Origin: an uncultured virus (IMG/VR IMGVR_UViG_3300025137_000019)
Lineage: Duplodnaviria; Heunggongvirae; Uroviricota; Caudoviricetes
Virus record (IMG/VR): IMGVR_UViG_3300025137_000019
Strand: one strand, 5' to 3'
DNA length: 64,000 nucleotides
In this document: positions 60,291 to 64,000 of the stretch, piece after piece
Layout of the letters: each line of letters opens with the position of its first letter
How positions within the stretch are numbered: position 1 is the stretch's first letter
Notes under the pieces: generated by a model
Told to the model about the DNA's origin: nothing
Database searches by the model: none
What the model saw: the letters and a program-made list of their open reading frames with translations, nothing else
Translations under genes and position numbers: made by a program

Positions 60291-63200
60291 ATGAAAAAAT
60301 ATAAAATAACATCATTACCAAAAAAACGTTCAGGAGGACAATATAATAGACGTGTACTTAATGATCTAGATAGATTCTTAATGGATCCTTATAGTTCTAA
60401 AAAATATAGCAAAAGTCTGGCAGCCACTAATAGTGTGTTTGCTGTAAATGATTTATTTAAAAAACCTGCTAGAAGTAGAATATATAATCCTAACGCTAGA
60501 TACTTACAAGAAGGAGGAGAGTTGCCAAAAGCAATGTTTGGAAAAGGTCTTGGAAAATTTTTTAGAAAAAATAATATTCAAGGAAGTGTTGGTTTTGGTA
60601 ACACAGCACCTCACTTAAATAATTATGTACCTAAAGTAGGAGTTAATACAATTATGGGCAAGCCAAGAAAAGGCTTTTTAGATCTAGGTTTAACTGCTGG
60701 TGGAGATAAGAAGGGATTTGCTGGAAACTTAGATGCTACTTACTATGGTCCTTTTATGGGTGGTAATAGACATTTTCAAGCATTGATTGATTCAGATACA
60801 TATTATGATCAAGGTACTGTAGGTTCATCTATATCAGGAGGTGGTAATTGGATAGGTGGTAGTAGAAATATTGGAAACAAAAGAAAAGATGGTTTAAGAA
60901 AAGGTGATTGGACAACAGAAGGGGGTATTGGCTTACAGATAGGTGCTTTTAAAGATCTTAATGCTGATCCTGTATCATACTATGAAGAACAAAATACTTC
61001 ATCAAATGCGGGAGCACCTGTACTAAAATATAAGCCTGCACCTATAGGTATAGATTTTGGACCTAAAGCACATTTTAGATTTCAGAAAGCATTTGGTAAT
61101 AATCTAACATTAGATGCCAAGGCTTCAATAGTAGCAGACCTAGTAAGAAATTCTGTTGAAGGTGCTGCAAAAGGTAATCAAGCTGAATATGTAAATGAAT
61201 ATGCAATTAACCCAGATGCACCTAATTATACAAATAGCAATCAAACAATTCAAACTGGTGATAGTATTTTAGCTAATGAGGCTGTAGAAACAAAATTTAG
61301 ACCTGACTTTAAACCATCCGCTGAGGTTAAGTTAACATATAACATTCCTACTGGTGGTAGTCTATTTGGAGGTAGAAAAAAAGGTAAAACACCTGATGAA
61401 TTAGATGAAGAAATATCAGTAAAAGAAAGAAAACCTAAACCTGAAAAAGAGATTAAACCTAAAAAAGAAACTAAACCTGTAGAGGTTGATGAATGGGCAA
61501 GACATCCTAGATGGTTACAAGATGGTGGAGAACTACCTAAACATAACTTGAGAGGTATAGTTAAGGGTAGTAAAAAAGCAGCAAATTATTTTCTTGATAA
61601 TGTACTAGCTACAGCTGAACTAACAGGTAATTTAGCTATGTTAAAAGTACGTAATCCTTTTGAAATGGTGCCAATAACACGGCTTCAAAAAATTAAAATG
61701 GACAATATCCAAAGAGATGCTGTAAAACAAGGAGATAGTTTTGTAAAAAACTGGACATATCCAAAAGGTGTAACTAAAGATATGGATGCATCTGTCCAAA
61801 GAAAAATAGAAAATATATTTAAAGATTATCATAATTATCCAGTTGATGATCCCAATTTTACAGACTGGGCAAATAAGTATGGCATGCAAACTAATTTTGG
61901 TGAATCTAATCCTTTTCAGATACAAGGTGAACCACTATTATTAGGTCAAGATATTGCTACTAGTAAAGGTGCACAAAAGTATTTTAATATGTATGATGAT
62001 TTTGATCCAATACGGAATCAAGATGTGGTTGATTATTTATCAAATCCAAGTAAGTACCGTGGAGTTCATGGTGTAAATTTTTGGAGCGGTCCAAGTGTTA
62101 CCACTAAAGGTATGGGTTTTTATAGAAGGGATCCTGAAGAGATAGCACTTACTAGTGCTCATGAAGCTGCTCACACTATGCAAAAATTAGATCATACATT
62201 TCCTAATTGGAAATACCCTTTTGATTGGAGACAAATACTTCAAGGTGATGATAGTAGTTTGAGCAAAAGATTTAAAGATGCATTAGTTAAACCAGGTAAA
62301 GATTGGGGTTCACATAAATCTTGGCTAAGCAGACCTGAAGAACTTCATGCTGACCTTACGATGAATAGATTTAAAGCATTTCAACAGTTAAGAAGATCAA
62401 AAGATTGGGCTAATCATACTGATGAAGAAATATTAGATGCTATGAAAGATCCTAACATCAGTGATGAATTAATGGAATTTATTTATAGCGTAGGTGCTAA
62501 ACCTAATGTTTTATTAAATAACAGACTTGGTTCGCATTTTAAAAGATCAACACCTCTTAAAGAAAGACTTGATCTATTAAAACTTTTACCAGGATTAGCT
62601 ACACCATTTGTACTACCTGGTCTTATGGATGATAATAAACCTAAATTACAAGATGGTGGAGAACTTCCTAAACATAATATAAGAGGTATAGTTAAAACTG
62701 GTAAAAACCTTGTAAATGAAGTAGCTATAGGTAATACAATGTTTCCAGGATGGAGATCACCAGTAGGTGCGACATTACACCATAATGAATTATTAAAAAA
62801 CTTAGGTAGAAAAGGAACATTTAGCCAGTTTAATAATATATCTCAAACAGATTTAAACCCTTTGACTGAAACACTTTTAACAGATTATGCACAAAACTCT
62901 GGCCCGTATAAGATGAGGTCTAGCACTGAAGGTACTATAGGTGATGGTACAGTAAATTGGGCAGAACCTAATCCTTCAGCTCCATGGCAAACACCACAGG
63001 TTTTTGATCCAGAAAGAAAAAAATTATTTCAAGAACAAATACAAGATAAACTTAGAGAAATAAATGTTCCAGAAGAAACTCTTTTTACAAGAGTAGTGGA
63101 TCGTAGAGATCCTAATCTTTTAAATATTGACAATGGTGTAATAAGAGTAGGTGATAATCTTAATTCATTTACAGTAGGTCCTGCTAGTAATATAATTTCA

Positions 63201-63665
63201 GGTGGGGCTAATACAGATAGGTTTGTTTTAACTGGTAAAAATTTAAAAGGTTATGAGGATAGTTTTTTAAAAAATACATATCCTACAGTAACTTCAGAAC
63301 ATGCAGAAATAGCAAAAAAGAGTTTATTTCCAATTGTTAATCAAGGATTTAATTCAGGTAGTATTGAAGAGGTTAATAGAATAATGAACCAATTAAAAAA
63401 AGAAAGAGAAGCAATATTTACAGGATCAGATCTTAAGATTAAACATAAAGTTAAAAATGATAGAGGTGGTATTGATTACATAGTACGTCCAGTACCTTTA
63501 GGTTATACAACTCCGCAGTATGAAAGATTACTTAAAAATCCATATCTTTATAAAGGTATGGGTATTGGTGTAGGAGGGTTGATGTTAGGCTCTGATGATG
63601 ATAAAAAGAAAATAGGTGGGGTAATTAAGATAAGAAAGAGTAAACTTAACAAGTTTAAACATTAA
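60291..63665 (+). CDS. modular cargo protein: beta-strand module, zincin (HExxH), ART-like module
   Basis: AHEAAH..EELHA; R..S..ERE; LQ(D/E)GGELPK repeats. Confidence 0.65.
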   Translation: MKKYKITSLPKKRSGGQYNRRVLNDLDRFLMDPYSSKKYSKSLAATNSVFAVNDLFKKPARSRIYNPNARYLQEGGELPKAMFGKGLGKFFRKNNIQGSVGFGNTAPHLNNYVPKVGVNTIMGKPRKGFLDLGLTAGGDKKGFAGNLDATYYGPFMGGNRHFQALIDSDTYYDQGTVGSSISGGGNWIGGSRNIGNKRKDGLRKGDWTTEGGIGLQIGAFKDLNADPVSYYEEQNTSSNAGAPVLKYKPAPIGIDFGPKAHFRFQKAFGNNLTLDAKASIVADLVRNSVEGAAKGNQAEYVNEYAINPDAPNYTNSNQTIQTGDSILANEAVETKFRPDFKPSAEVKLTYNIPTGGSLFGGRKKGKTPDELDEEISVKERKPKPEKEIKPKKETKPVEVDEWARHPRWLQDGGELPKHNLRGIVKGSKKAANYFLDNVLATAELTGNLAMLKVRNPFEMVPITRLQKIKMDNIQRDAVKQGDSFVKNWTYPKGVTKDMDASVQRKIENIFKDYHNYPVDDPNFTDWANKYGMQTNFGESNPFQIQGEPLLLGQDIATSKGAQKYFNMYDDFDPIRNQDVVDYLSNPSKYRGVHGVNFWSGPSVTTKGMGFYRRDPEEIALTSAHEAAHTMQKLDHTFPNWKYPFDWRQILQGDDSSLSKRFKDALVKPGKDWGSHKSWLSRPEELHADLTMNRFKAFQQLRRSKDWANHTDEEILDAMKDPNISDELMEFIYSVGAKPNVLLNNRLGSHFKRSTPLKERLDLLKLLPGLATPFVLPGLMDDNKPKLQDGGELPKHNIRGIVKTGKNLVNEVAIGNTMFPGWRSPVGATLHHNELLKNLGRKGTFSQFNNISQTDLNPLTETLLTDYAQNSGPYKMRSSTEGTIGDGTVNWAEPNPSAPWQTPQVFDPERKKLFQEQIQDKLREINVPEETLFTRVVDRRDPNLLNIDNGVIRVGDNLNSFTVGPASNIISGGANTDRFVLTGKNLKGYEDSFLKNTYPTVTSEHAEIAKKSLFPIVNQGFNSGSIEEVNRIMNQLKKEREAIFTGSDLKIKHKVKNDRGGIDYIVRPVPLGYTTPQYERLLKNPYLYKGMGIGVGGLMLGSDDDKKKIGGVIKIRKSKLNKFKH
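61515..62695 (+). repeat. 50-bp direct repeat encoding LQDGGELPKHNxRGIVK
   Basis: 61515-61564 vs 62646-62695 match at 46/50; partial copies at 58963-58995 and 60504-60530. Confidence 0.9.
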
Positions 63666-63704
63666 ATTTAAATTTAGTATATTAATATATATAATAAAGA
63701 TATT

Positions 63705-64000
63705 ATGGATTACATGAATAGCCAGCAAACTAATCAAGGAATGGAAAGGTTTCAATCATTCATAGCTACACGTTTACAAAGTGATGCTAACCCTAAAGAT
63801 GTATACTATGAACTTATTTCAGCAGGCTTAGGTAAAAAAGATGCAGGTCAACTTTTGTCAGCTACAATTGCTACATTAATTGAACAAGGTTTATTTGATC
63901 CTACATACTTTGATGAAGCAGAAGCATATGTTCCAAAAGAAGAAAGAACAGATGTTGTTAATGAAAGTAATATGGCAAATCAAGCTACTCAAGCTGAGCA
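63705..64000 (+). CDS. partial ORF (truncated by window end)
   Basis: MDYMNSQQ.., open to the end of the window. Confidence 0.65.
   Translation, partial: MDYMNSQQTNQGMERFQSFIATRLQSDANPKDVYYELISAGLGKKDAGQLLSATIATLIEQGLFDPTYFDEAEAYVPKEERTDVVNESNMANQATQAE

Noticed and set aside
1448..61925. Many short opposite-strand or alternate-frame track ORFs (e.g. 1448-1633, 11732-12064, 14223-14504, 29979-30341, 51602-51916)
   Set aside because: Shadows of longer genes with recognisable motifs
28099..63665. Stop-codon reassignment (TAG/TGA) known in some crAss-like phages
   Set aside because: Long genes are intact under code 11 and coding density is high; no suppressor tRNA seen (the tRNA anticodon is TCT)

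Overview
AT-rich segment of a crAss-like (Crassvirales-type) tailed phage genome, probably infecting an aquatic Bacteroidota/Flavobacteriia host (A-rich, SD-less translation starts). Standard genetic code. There are two divergent arms. About 1-15.6 kb is on the minus strand and holds early/middle accessory genes: spore-photoproduct-lyase-like radical SAM, ClpS, SF2 helicase, NADAR, PNK-type HAD phosphatase, a TerD-like 608-aa protein and tRNA-Arg. This arm also carries many structured intergenic RNA candidates and a five-copy CTAACCCT motif. About 15.8-64 kb is on the plus strand and holds late genes: GroES, fibre/lectin proteins, a lysis cassette, TerL, portal, major capsid protein, a cluster of tiny basic proteins, Cys-rich tail proteins, tail tube and stabilizer, and giant cargo proteins. 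The most notable observations are: (1) cargo proteins built from modules (SET, beta-barrel-like, zincin, ADP-ribosyltransferase-like) separated by a repeated LQDGGELPKHNxRGIVK linker, with the xxGG motif shared by the small basic proteins; (2) three covarying RNA stem-loops upstream of the TerD-like gene; (3) a ~290-nt structured RNA behind the tRNA; (4) a hairpin whose loop is the reverse complement of the translation-initiation regions of several late genes. All family assignments are by eye from motifs and synteny; no searches were run.
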